From Chloroflexota bacterium (lineage in GTDB: Bacteria; Chloroflexota; UBA4733): a stretch of DNA of 27,943 nucleotides. The stretch is taken from assembly GCA_025980355.1 (NCBI GenBank), contig JAICXR010000001.1, forward strand, positions 1 through 27,943, written 5' to 3'. The first letter of the stretch is position 1. Every line of letters begins with the position of its first letter. The translations under genes and the position numbers were made by a program. Of this stretch, positions 17,974-25,616 are shown piece after piece. A model generated the notes under the pieces. It had not been told where the DNA came from and ran no database searches. It saw nothing but the letters and a program-made list of their open reading frames with translations.

Positions 17974-18003
17974 ATGATACGGGGCGCACGCTAGGCATGC
18001 CAA
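17974..18003 (-). promoter_or_regulatory. Candidate alaS operon promoter
   Basis: Minus strand TTGGCA-N18-TATCAT; the -35 overlaps the flp terminator U-tract. Confidence 0.5.
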
Positions 18004-18044
18004 AAGGCCGGATGACACGGCACTGGGTCATCCGGCCTTTTGGC
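17999..18044 (-). terminator. Intrinsic terminator downstream of flp (symmetric, could act on both strands)
   Basis: Perfect 18-bp inverted repeat GCCAAAAGGCCGGATGAC / GTCATCCGGCCTTTTGGC with a 10-nt loop; the core stem is followed by TTTT in both directions. Confidence 0.85.
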
Positions 18045-18081
18045 GGGGTCTCGGCACCGCCTTGGCTTGGACGCGCGGCGG

Positions 18082-18264
18082 CTACAGGGCGTTGCTGATG
18101 TTGCTGAAGACCGACGAGAGTTGCCCGTTCAGCGTGGTCAGCGCCACCACCAGGAGGATCGCTACCAGGGCGATGATCAGGGCGTATTCCACAAGGCCCT
18201 GGCCCTCTTCGCTCTCGCGAAAGGCGACCCAGGTTTGCACCATACGTGCCACCGTCAGGCTCAT
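18082..18264 (-). CDS. flp: Flp/Fap family type IVb pilin (60 aa)
   Basis: MSLTVARMVQTWVAFRESEEG|QGLVEYALIIALVAILLVVAL... has the Flp G|xxxxEY motif. AAGGAG precedes ATG 18264. This is the C-terminal third of track ORF 18082..18618. Confidence 0.93.
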   Translation of the reverse strand: MSLTVARMVQTWVAFRESEEGQGLVEYALIIALVAILLVVALTTLNGQLSSVFSNISNAL

Positions 18265-18315
18265 CGGCTCTCTCCTTACCGGGCGCAGCGGCGACGCCAC
18301 TCCGAATCCCGCTGG

Positions 18316-18321
18316 ACTGTA
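18316..18321 (-). promoter_or_regulatory. Candidate -10 (GG-TACAGT) for flp
   Basis: TACAGT in the 77-bp gap between the YfhO-like stop and the flp start. Confidence 0.4.
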
Positions 18322-18341
18322 CCGTGCGGTGGAGATCCTGC

Positions 18342-20612
18342 CTATGAGGTAGAGGTACCAGAGTAGCCCGGTACTTCTGGCGACTCGGTCGGCGTATTGC
18401 CGGGCCGCGACTGCTGGAGAAAAGCCACGACCGGTACCGCCAGCAGCACCGTGAGGAGCAGATACGCGGCGATCCCGGTGAGCAACATACCGACTTTGAT
18501 GCTCCACGGATCGAACGAGAAGACCACGGTATGCCGTCCGGCCGGGATCGCCACCGCCTGGATGGCATGGTCGGCGCGCAGGATTTCCGCCGGGCGGCCG
18601 TCGACCGTGGCCGTCCAACCGGGGTAGGCGGCGACGCTCCGCACGAGCAGCGCCGGCTGGTCGACCGTGGCCGTGACCACCGTCCGCTCCGGCGATACCC
18701 GCCGCTCCTGGATCTGTTGGTCGTGCTGGGGCAAGCTCGGGATCGCCAGGGCCGGGGCTCGATCCAGGACGACCTGTTGTCCGGGATCAAACGTGGGGGC
18801 GAGGACGGCGCTCAGCGAGGCATCGGCCGCCGGCAGGACCTGATACCGCCAGACCGCCCAGACATCCGGCAGCATATAGGAGAGGGCATAGGTGTTGACG
18901 CCGTGCTCGGTGTGCTGCAGGGTGTAGGGGCTGCCGAGCGTGCGGGTGGTCAGGAACTCGTGGACATCGAGGATCTGCCAGACGCGCCAGTAGTCCGTCG
19001 AGGTCAGCAGTTGATCGATGGCGCCGACCCGGAAGTCGTTGTAGCCCTGGTCGGTGGCCAGGCCGTAGTTCCCGAGGTCGTTGGCCGGGATGATCTGGTC
19101 GCCGTCCGTCACCACCCGGAACGGCTCTCGCAGGGAGCGCAGGTAGGCGATCGTCCCGGGCAACCCGTCGGCCGGGGCTGGGGGCGTCGGCGTGAGGTTA
19201 TTCCGCCAGTTGACGGCCATGCCGTCGATCCCCAGGAGCACGGCCAGCGCGAGTATGGGTAGGGAGCGAAGATAGGGGGGGCGGCGACTGCCGATCAGGC
19301 AGCCGAGGACGACGGCCACGGGCACGCCGCGCACCCAGAGCGGCGCATCGCGGGCAGCGGAGGCCAGGTGGTCGCCAGCGGCGTGGAGGAGCAGCGGTGC
19401 CGCGTCACCGGCGCAGGTGGCGAGCGTCGCCACGAACAGCAACCATCGCAGCGCGGGCCGGGCCTGGATACCCGCCGCTGCCAGGGCGACCAGCGCCGCG
19501 GTGGCAAAGCTCGTCAGGAAGATGGTGCGACTCTGGTCCCGAATGAGGCCGAAGCCGAGGTGCTCCATCAGGCCGTACACCGGCGTCTGGCCGCCCAGAC
19601 TCAGCAGTAGCGCCCCGACGGCGAGGCCGCACCAGAACCAGCCCTCGCGCTTCCGGGCCAGCCAGACGCCGCTCAGCGCCAGCACGACGCTGCCCGCCCC
19701 AAGCCAGAGGGCTGCCACATCGGCGTAATGCGGCACCACGAGGTTCGGCAGGGCCTGGATCAGAATGCCGGCGCTGGCGGCGGTGTCGGAGATAGCTATC
19801 CGGTTGGAGAGCGGGAAGAATTCCAGGGACGGTACCAGTTGGATCGCCGCCAGCCCGCCGGCCACCAGCGCCGCCAGGACCGCTTCGGCCCAGGAGCGGC
19901 GCAAGGTGCCATGGCGCAGACCGAGGAAGACTAAGTAGGCGACGGCGGCATCGACGATCAGCAGACAGGTCTGCGGATGGCCGGCCAGAAACGACAGGGC
20001 CAGGGCCAGCCCGCCGAGCATCGCCCAACGAAGCCGTTGCCGGCGCGTCGCCGCCGGATCGCCGAAGACATGGCGGACGGCCAGCAGGGCGAGCGGCAGC
20101 CAGGTACCCGACTCCAGGATATCCATCTGGTGCGGCGGATAGCTCGTGAGGTAGCCGCCGAAGGTGTAGACCAGCGTCGCGGTGAGTGCCGCCAGGCGCG
20201 AGCGGACCAGGTCACGGAAGAACAGGTAGGCGAGGGCAGCGGCAAGCAGGAAATCGATGACGACCCGCCATTCCATCCGCAAGAGCGTGACGCCACCCGC
20301 GCCAGCGGTCATGTCGAAGGCCAGGTCCATCGGGTAGAAGACGGCTGCCCCGGAGTCGGCCGCCAGCGGCTGGCCAGCATAGCTGTAGGGGTCCCAGAGC
20401 GGCAACTGCCCCGCCGCCCAGGAGCCGGCGGTGACGCTATCGGTCGCCTGTTCCTTCCAGGTGAAGTCGCCATTGACGTAATACTGACGGGCCGCCAGAT
20501 CCGGGGTGATGAGCCGCCAGAAGAACACCAGCACCAACAGCCAGACGAAAGCCAGCGCCCCGGCATCCCCGGCCCAACGTCGCGCCCTGTGGAGTGTCCG
20601 TGGCGTATCCAG
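18342..20612 (-). CDS. YfhO-like GT-C membrane protein (start uncertain: CTG 20612 proposed; track uses TTG 20537)
   Basis: GDF after TM1, GQLPLWDPYSYAGQPL..D, LSFLAGHPQ, many TM helices, and C-terminal YPGWTATVDG...QAVAIPAGRHTVVFSF plus a final TM. The frame is open upstream through RRWAGDAGALAFVWLL to a TGA at 20633-20631. Confidence 0.8.
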   Translation of the reverse strand: MDTPRTLHRARRWAGDAGALAFVWLLVLVFFWRLITPDLAARQYYVNGDFTWKEQATDSVTAGSWAAGQLPLWDPYSYAGQPLAADSGAAVFYPMDLAFDMTAGAGGVTLLRMEWRVVIDFLLAAALAYLFFRDLVRSRLAALTATLVYTFGGYLTSYPPHQMDILESGTWLPLALLAVRHVFGDPAATRRQRLRWAMLGGLALALSFLAGHPQTCLLIVDAAVAYLVFLGLRHGTLRRSWAEAVLAALVAGGLAAIQLVPSLEFFPLSNRIAISDTAASAGILIQALPNLVVPHYADVAALWLGAGSVVLALSGVWLARKREGWFWCGLAVGALLLSLGGQTPVYGLMEHLGFGLIRDQSRTIFLTSFATAALVALAAAGIQARPALRWLLFVATLATCAGDAAPLLLHAAGDHLASAARDAPLWVRGVPVAVVLGCLIGSRRPPYLRSLPILALAVLLGIDGMAVNWRNNLTPTPPAPADGLPGTIAYLRSLREPFRVVTDGDQIIPANDLGNYGLATDQGYNDFRVGAIDQLLTSTDYWRVWQILDVHEFLTTRTLGSPYTLQHTEHGVNTYALSYMLPDVWAVWRYQVLPAADASLSAVLAPTFDPGQQVVLDRAPALAIPSLPQHDQQIQERRVSPERTVVTATVDQPALLVRSVAAYPGWTATVDGRPAEILRADHAIQAVAIPAGRHTVVFSFDPWSIKVGMLLTGIAAYLLLTVLLAVPVVAFLQQSRPGNTPTESPEVPGYSGTSTS

Positions 20613-20735
20613 GGGGCGTCCCTCGTTCCCATCAGGCGGTCAGTCCGGCCCGCTGGAGCAGGCGCCGTGCCCTGATCATCAGGCTACCAGTGCTGTCACC
20701 GCCGTCGCCACTGGACATGTTCATCCCTGTCAAAA

Positions 20736-20768
20736 TCTTTACCTCCCCTGCCCGTTTCTTTACCTCCC
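20736..20768. repeat. 12-bp direct repeat TCTTTACCTCCC x2 (21-bp period) in the divergent intergenic region
   Basis: Exact copies at 20736-20747 and 20757-20768; reads GGGAGGTAAAGA on the minus strand. Confidence 0.8.
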
Positions 20769-20810
20769 GTACATAACTGCTTGGCTGCCGCAGTGGAGCG
20801 TGGCCTGGTC

Positions 20811-20838
20811 TTGCCGAGTCGTTGGCCTCGCGTATACT
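20811..20838 (+). promoter_or_regulatory. Candidate sigma-70 promoter for the large GT-C gene
   Basis: TTGCCG-N16-TATACT. Confidence 0.55.
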
Positions 20839-20894
20839 GAGCATCGGAATAGGCGGAATCTCCTGCGAATCGTCACGGAACGGGCGGGACATCA

Positions 20895-23800
20895 ATCGTT
20901 CGATCCTGGCGCAGCCTCAGAATTGCTCCTGGGTGGCGCGGCGCCGTTCCGCTCCTTCTGGCCTTCGCGCTGTGCCTGCCCGCGCTCTTTCCCCTGCTCT
21001 TGCCCGGCTTCATCGAAGGGCACGACGGCGTTGAGCACCTCTTCCGGGTACTGGCGCTGGCGACCGCCTGGCGCGAGTCGGGCGTCGTCGGCAACCTATT
21101 GCCCCGCTGGACACCGGATTTGGCGCTCGGCTTCGGCTACCCGCTGTTCGGCCTGTATTCGCCGCTGGCCTACGTCATCCCGGCGGCCCTGACGCTGCTC
21201 GGCGTCGCCCCGATCGTCGCCGTCAAGGTTGCGGTGGCGCTGGCCCTCCTGCTCGGCGGGTTGGGGGCCTTCCTCTGCCTGCGCCCACTGGCGGGAGCGA
21301 CGGCGGCCGTTATCGGTGCCGTGACCTACGTCTACGCGCCATATACGATGGCGAATGCCTTTGTGCGGCTCGACCTGGCGGAGCTGAGCGCCGGCAGTTG
21401 CGCCGCCCTCGCCCTGGCCGCCCTGCTCCGGCTCGACGCACCGGCGGGGGACGGCGCGGCAGGTCGCCGCGTCGTCCTGGCGGCCCTGGCGCTCGCCGCT
21501 ATCCCACTCTGCCACAACCTCAGCGCGCTCACCTTCCTGCCCCTCCTGGCGGCCGTCTGGTGCTGGCTCCTGGTGCGGGCCTGGGGGCACGCGAAGCCGG
21601 CGCAACGCCGCGCCGTGCTGCCGGTGCTCGCCGCCCCCCTGCTCGCGGCCGGCATCGCCGCCTTCTTCCTGCTGCCCGCCTGGCGCTGGCAGGCCTCGAC
21701 GCACCTGGCCCTGCTGGGCGGGGATCCCGCCTTCCTGGCGAAACTGCTGCACCCGCTCGCCCTCTGGCGGGCCCAGTTCGCCTTGCCCGGCTGGGGCTGG
21801 TTTGGCGCCGGCAGTGCCTGGTGGAACTTCAGCGTGGCGCCGAGCCCGGCTGGTGAGTTCGGCGCCGGCCCCAGCACGCTCGCCTGGCTGGCGGTGCCGG
21901 TGTCGCTGCTCCTCCTCCGGCGGCAATGCCGTCTGCGCGGCCTCGCCCTGGCGCTCGTGATCGCCTGCCTGATATCCGTACTGCTGCTGACCTCGTTGGC
22001 ACTGCCGTTCTGGCGGGCGTTCCCCCACCTCACCCTCCTCCAGTTCCCCTGGCGCTTCGCCGGGCCGCTCTGCCTGGCAACGGCGCTGCTGGTGGGGCTG
22101 TTGCTCGCGCCGATTCCGGGACGCCGTCGCCTTTTGCCGGCGGCCGCTTGCCTGACGCTGGCGGTCGTCCCGGCGCTCCTGTACCTGCGCCCGGACCCGA
22201 TCAGCTTGCCCACCGGTGCCATCACCTGGCCGGCTCAGCTGCGCCGCGAACTGATCGGCGGCTATGGCACCACCGGCAGCGGCCTCTTCCTACCGCGCTG
22301 GGTGCCGGGCCAGTCGCCACAGGTACCGGTGTTCGCCGCGCCGACGCCCGGCACCACCAGCCTCCAGCTCACCGAGCTTACCGGCCGCGCCGACGCCTTC
22401 GCCGCGAGCTACCAGGCGCAGCAATCGGCGACGCTCACGCTCGGCGCCTGGTATTTCCCCGGTTGGCAGGTGCGAATTGACGGGCAAGCCGCGCCGGTCG
22501 CGCCGGACACGAGCGGGCTGGTGCGGCTCGCCCTGCCGGCGGGCACGCACCGCTTGACTGTCGCTCGCGGACCGACCGGCGCCGAACTTGCCGGCGGCGT
22601 CATCACCCTGGCGTCGGCGCTGGTCGCCATCGTCCTGCTGCTCGGTCCCGGTCGCCCGGCGCTCATCGTCGCGGGCATCACGACGCTCGTCGGCGTTGCC
22701 CTGTCGGGGGCGATTCCCCGCTTCTCCTTTTCGATGCTTGGCGACGCCACTGCTGTCTGGTCGATCCCGGCGGCGTCAACGCCCCCGCAACCGTTGCAAG
22801 CGGCCGCCTGGCGGATCGTCCGTTCCCCGGTCTGGGGGCCGACCCCCGTCGTGGAGGTCGCCTGGCTCGCCCAACAGGCGCCGGTGGGCGACGTACAGCC
22901 AACGATCCAGGTGCGGTCTCTGGCCGGCGAGATCCTGGCCACCACGACCCGTGGCCCGCGCCTGAGTACGGTCAGCACCACGGGCTGGCCGGCCGGGACC
23001 CTGGTCTTCGATCACCTCACCATCCCCTTGCCGCCGGCCGTCGATGGCGTCTGCGCCGGCACCTACGGCCTTGCCCTGGCGATGGGAACGGCCGACGCAG
23101 CGTCGACCGCCCTGGGCCAGGTCGCCCTTCCCTGCGCGCCCGCCGCTGTCCCGACCGTGCCACAGGTCGTTGCGCCGGTCCTGCATGGCCTCGGCGCCGG
23201 GCGGTTGCCCACCGTGCAGCCCGGTGCGGCCGTCGATCTCGATCTGTCCTTGCGCGTAGCGGGGCCGACGGCGACCGATGAAGTGCTGGCCTTCCAACTG
23301 TTGGACGGGCGCGGCCAGCCGGTGGCGCAGGTGCAGAGCTACGGCAACATTGACCTGCGCTTCAGCACACTCTGGACCGCCGGCCAGGTCGTGCCCTATC
23401 ACCTGCACCTGCCGCTGCCCAGTACTCTGACCACCGGCGTCTACACCCTGAGTCTGCAACTCTTCTCCCCGGCGGGCGGCGCTTTGCAGCCGCTGCTGGC
23501 CCCGACCGGCCAGATCGGGCCGAAGCTGACCCTGGCGAGCGTGAAGGTTTCGCCGGCCCGAGTCTCCAGCGCCATGCCCCTGCTGGCTCGCTTCGGCCCA
23601 AGCATCGGCCTCCTGGCTCCCACTGGGCCGCCGCGGCCGGAATTGACGGCACAGCCGGGCACCACGGTCAGCATTCCGCTACGCTGGCTGGCCGTCGCCG
23701 CTCCAAACGCCGACGACACTGTGTTCGTCCACCTGGTCGACGCCAACGGGAAGCTGGCGGCTCAGGCGGACGGGCCGCCGCTGGCTGGCCGTTATCCCAC

Positions 23801-24002
23801 CTCCGCCTGGGACGCCGGTGAGCTGATCGACGACACCCGTCAACTGCCGCTGCCGGCCAACCTGCCACCCGGCCGGTATACCGTCCAGGTCGGCTGGTAT
23901 CTGCCTAGCACCGGCACCCGCCTGCCTGTGTCGCCGCCGGTGCCGGCTGATGCGGTAACCGTGGCGAATGTCGTGGTCCGTGCCGTCGCCGGGGCCAGTT
24001 GA
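20895..24002 (+). CDS. Large GT-C-type membrane protein (PTPS-related/YfhO-like core) with three C-terminal extracytoplasmic domains; start uncertain (ATC 20895 proposed; track uses TTG 21000)
   Basis: GHDGVEHLFR after TM1, PRWTPDL..GFGYPLFGLYSPL, YVYAPY, LQFPWRF, YfhO-like YFPGWQVRIDG...LPAGTH, then three repeats, the last being DTVFVHLVD...DGPPLAGRYPTSAW...LPPGRYTVQVGWY. Confidence 0.82.
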   Translation: MVRSWRSLRIAPGWRGAVPLLLAFALCLPALFPLLLPGFIEGHDGVEHLFRVLALATAWRESGVVGNLLPRWTPDLALGFGYPLFGLYSPLAYVIPAALTLLGVAPIVAVKVAVALALLLGGLGAFLCLRPLAGATAAVIGAVTYVYAPYTMANAFVRLDLAELSAGSCAALALAALLRLDAPAGDGAAGRRVVLAALALAAIPLCHNLSALTFLPLLAAVWCWLLVRAWGHAKPAQRRAVLPVLAAPLLAAGIAAFFLLPAWRWQASTHLALLGGDPAFLAKLLHPLALWRAQFALPGWGWFGAGSAWWNFSVAPSPAGEFGAGPSTLAWLAVPVSLLLLRRQCRLRGLALALVIACLISVLLLTSLALPFWRAFPHLTLLQFPWRFAGPLCLATALLVGLLLAPIPGRRRLLPAAACLTLAVVPALLYLRPDPISLPTGAITWPAQLRRELIGGYGTTGSGLFLPRWVPGQSPQVPVFAAPTPGTTSLQLTELTGRADAFAASYQAQQSATLTLGAWYFPGWQVRIDGQAAPVAPDTSGLVRLALPAGTHRLTVARGPTGAELAGGVITLASALVAIVLLLGPGRPALIVAGITTLVGVALSGAIPRFSFSMLGDATAVWSIPAASTPPQPLQAAAWRIVRSPVWGPTPVVEVAWLAQQAPVGDVQPTIQVRSLAGEILATTTRGPRLSTVSTTGWPAGTLVFDHLTIPLPPAVDGVCAGTYGLALAMGTADAASTALGQVALPCAPAAVPTVPQVVAPVLHGLGAGRLPTVQPGAAVDLDLSLRVAGPTATDEVLAFQLLDGRGQPVAQVQSYGNIDLRFSTLWTAGQVVPYHLHLPLPSTLTTGVYTLSLQLFSPAGGALQPLLAPTGQIGPKLTLASVKVSPARVSSAMPLLARFGPSIGLLAPTGPPRPELTAQPGTTVSIPLRWLAVAAPNADDTVFVHLVDANGKLAAQADGPPLAGRYPTSAWDAGELIDDTRQLPLPANLPPGRYTVQVGWYLPSTGTRLPVSPPVPADAVTVANVVVRAVAGAS

Positions 24003-24053
24003 GGGACCCCGGCGATGCCACGCGCCCTGAGGCCGGCTTCGGCGGGTCATTGC

Positions 24054-25442
24054 TCAGTGGATGGCGCCCTGGACGCCGGGCAAGGCCGGGAACGCCGCGC
24101 TGGGGAAGTCGAAGTCCAGCAATTTGGCGATGGTCGCCGCGATCTGCTCGGTGTGGACCACCGGATTCCGCGCACCGTGACCGTGCACGGCGCCGCCGGT
24201 GACGATCATGGGTACCGCCTGATCGCTGGGGTCAAGACCGCCGTGCTCTGCTCGCTTCGGGTCGTGGACGTTGCTGTCGTAGCAGTAGCCGGCGATCGGC
24301 AGCAAGGCGAAGTCCGGTGTTCGATCCGCCGGCGCCGCGCCCAATGCCACGAAGTCCTGCTGCGTCAGGATGCGTCGAATGGCGAACCGATTCGCAGCCG
24401 CGGGCGTTGAGAGGGCGGCGACCGCCGCTGCCGTCTGGGAAGGATCGCTGAGCCAGACATAATCGGCGTTGTCGGCCGTCTGTTGCACCAGGGAGATCGG
24501 CACGGCCTGTTGGCCAAGGAATGTCTGGACGGAAGCCGGCGAGATGAAGCTGCAGCCATTGGCCGCACTGACATCATTCTGGACGCAATCCGGTGGATTC
24601 GGACGGAGCGGCGTATTGCCGTGATCCCCGGTGATGATGAGCACCGTCTGGTCCCAGGCGCCGCTGGCCTGCAACGCCGTCACCAGACGCTGGACCTCGT
24701 TGTCCTCGAAGCCGATCGCCTGGTCCGTCGCTGCCGACGACACGCCGCCAAACTTCTGCGCCGAGGAGACGGCCTGCACGTAGTAGCCGGCGATGGCCGG
24801 AGCGGCGGGACCGGTCAAGGAGTTGATCAGCGACGTGAAATTCGCGTCGTCGTATCGCTCAAAGCACTGGTAGTCGAGGACATCCGGGCAGATAACTTTC
24901 AGGTTCGGCGTTTCCAGGCCGGTGATGCCCGGCCCGGCTGCCGGCGTGCCGTTGAGAAAGGCATACGCCGGATCCTTGGCGATGAACATCGACGTGAGGC
25001 CGGCGCTAGTGGCCGCCTGGAAGACCGACGGCATCCGGTTATAGTCTTGCGCCGTCGTCCCCGGCGCCAGGATGTTCTTATACTTCAGGCGGATCACCTG
25101 CTGGTAGTGCCGATCATAGAACGTGTCGTACAACAGTCCCGTGGCCGTCGGCTGGTTGCCGGTGAACATATCGGCATTCCCCGGCACCGAGTCGCCGGGG
25201 AAATCGGCCACCGCATTGACATAGTCGAGGCCCTGGCTCGCGAGCCGGGAGATCGTTGGCGCGACCGCCGGCGTGTACAGTTCCCGATGCCCACCGTCCA
25301 TGGTCAGAATGACGACGTGTTGGACGCGGTCGTGGCGCGCCGACGCCGGGACCGTACTATCCGCCTGGGCGCCGCCGGACAATAACGGCAACATCAAGAT
25401 CGCCCCCGCCGTCAGCACCCCGCTGAGCTTCCTCCAGATCAC
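24054..25442 (-). CDS. Secreted alkaline phosphatase superfamily protein (nucleotide pyrophosphatase/phosphodiesterase-like)
   Basis: Sec-type signal MIWRKL...GAQA|DS from GTG 25442 after GGAGG. VVILTMDG, FPGDSVPG (Ser at the NPP Thr position), IITGDHG and AEHGG metal-ligand motifs. Confidence 0.85.
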   Translation of the reverse strand: MIWRKLSGVLTAGAILMLPLLSGGAQADSTVPASARHDRVQHVVILTMDGGHRELYTPAVAPTISRLASQGLDYVNAVADFPGDSVPGNADMFTGNQPTATGLLYDTFYDRHYQQVIRLKYKNILAPGTTAQDYNRMPSVFQAATSAGLTSMFIAKDPAYAFLNGTPAAGPGITGLETPNLKVICPDVLDYQCFERYDDANFTSLINSLTGPAAPAIAGYYVQAVSSAQKFGGVSSAATDQAIGFEDNEVQRLVTALQASGAWDQTVLIITGDHGNTPLRPNPPDCVQNDVSAANGCSFISPASVQTFLGQQAVPISLVQQTADNADYVWLSDPSQTAAAVAALSTPAAANRFAIRRILTQQDFVALGAAPADRTPDFALLPIAGYCYDSNVHDPKRAEHGGLDPSDQAVPMIVTGGAVHGHGARNPVVHTEQIAATIAKLLDFDFPSAAFPALPGVQGAIH

Positions 25443-25550
25443 TGCTTCCCTCCCCCATTTCCAGTTCTTCTGCCGCAGACCGGCCACCGTGGTCCGGGCC
25501 CCGCTGCTTACCCTGCGGCTGCTCCAGGGCGATCAGCCGCGCGGGCCGGC

Positions 25551-25580
25551 AGTATAGGTGCGGGGCCACCTTTTTCGCAA
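25551..25580 (-). promoter_or_regulatory. Candidate sigma-70 promoter for the phosphodiesterase-like gene
   Basis: Minus strand TTGCGA-N18-TATACT, about 100 nt upstream of the proposed start. Confidence 0.55.
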
Positions 25581-25616
25581 GCAAAGTGCCGGCGTCTCGG
25601 CGTTGCAGCCGCCGGT

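Noticed and set aside
16876-17994. 372-aa plus-strand ORF opposite alaS, and similar shadows over the GT genes
   Set aside because: Mirror-frame products of the real genes with no independent coding signal.
17941-17998. T-box riboswitch before alaS
   Set aside because: The predicted leader is only about 30 nt and no T-box bulge sequence is visible.
18265-18315. c-di-GMP riboswitch before flp
   Set aside because: Only a short CAGCGG/CCGCTG stem; no recognisable class I or II aptamer motifs and too little space.
18265-18618. N-terminal 118 aa of track ORF 18082..18618
   Set aside because: Overlaps the YfhO-like gene out of frame; the Flp has its own SD and ATG at 18264.
20734-20895. Upstream part of the 87-aa ORF 20632..20895 as a protein-coding gene
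   Set aside because: Spans the plus-strand promoter region and has no SD or motif; only the SD-backed 33-aa portion is kept as a tentative finding.
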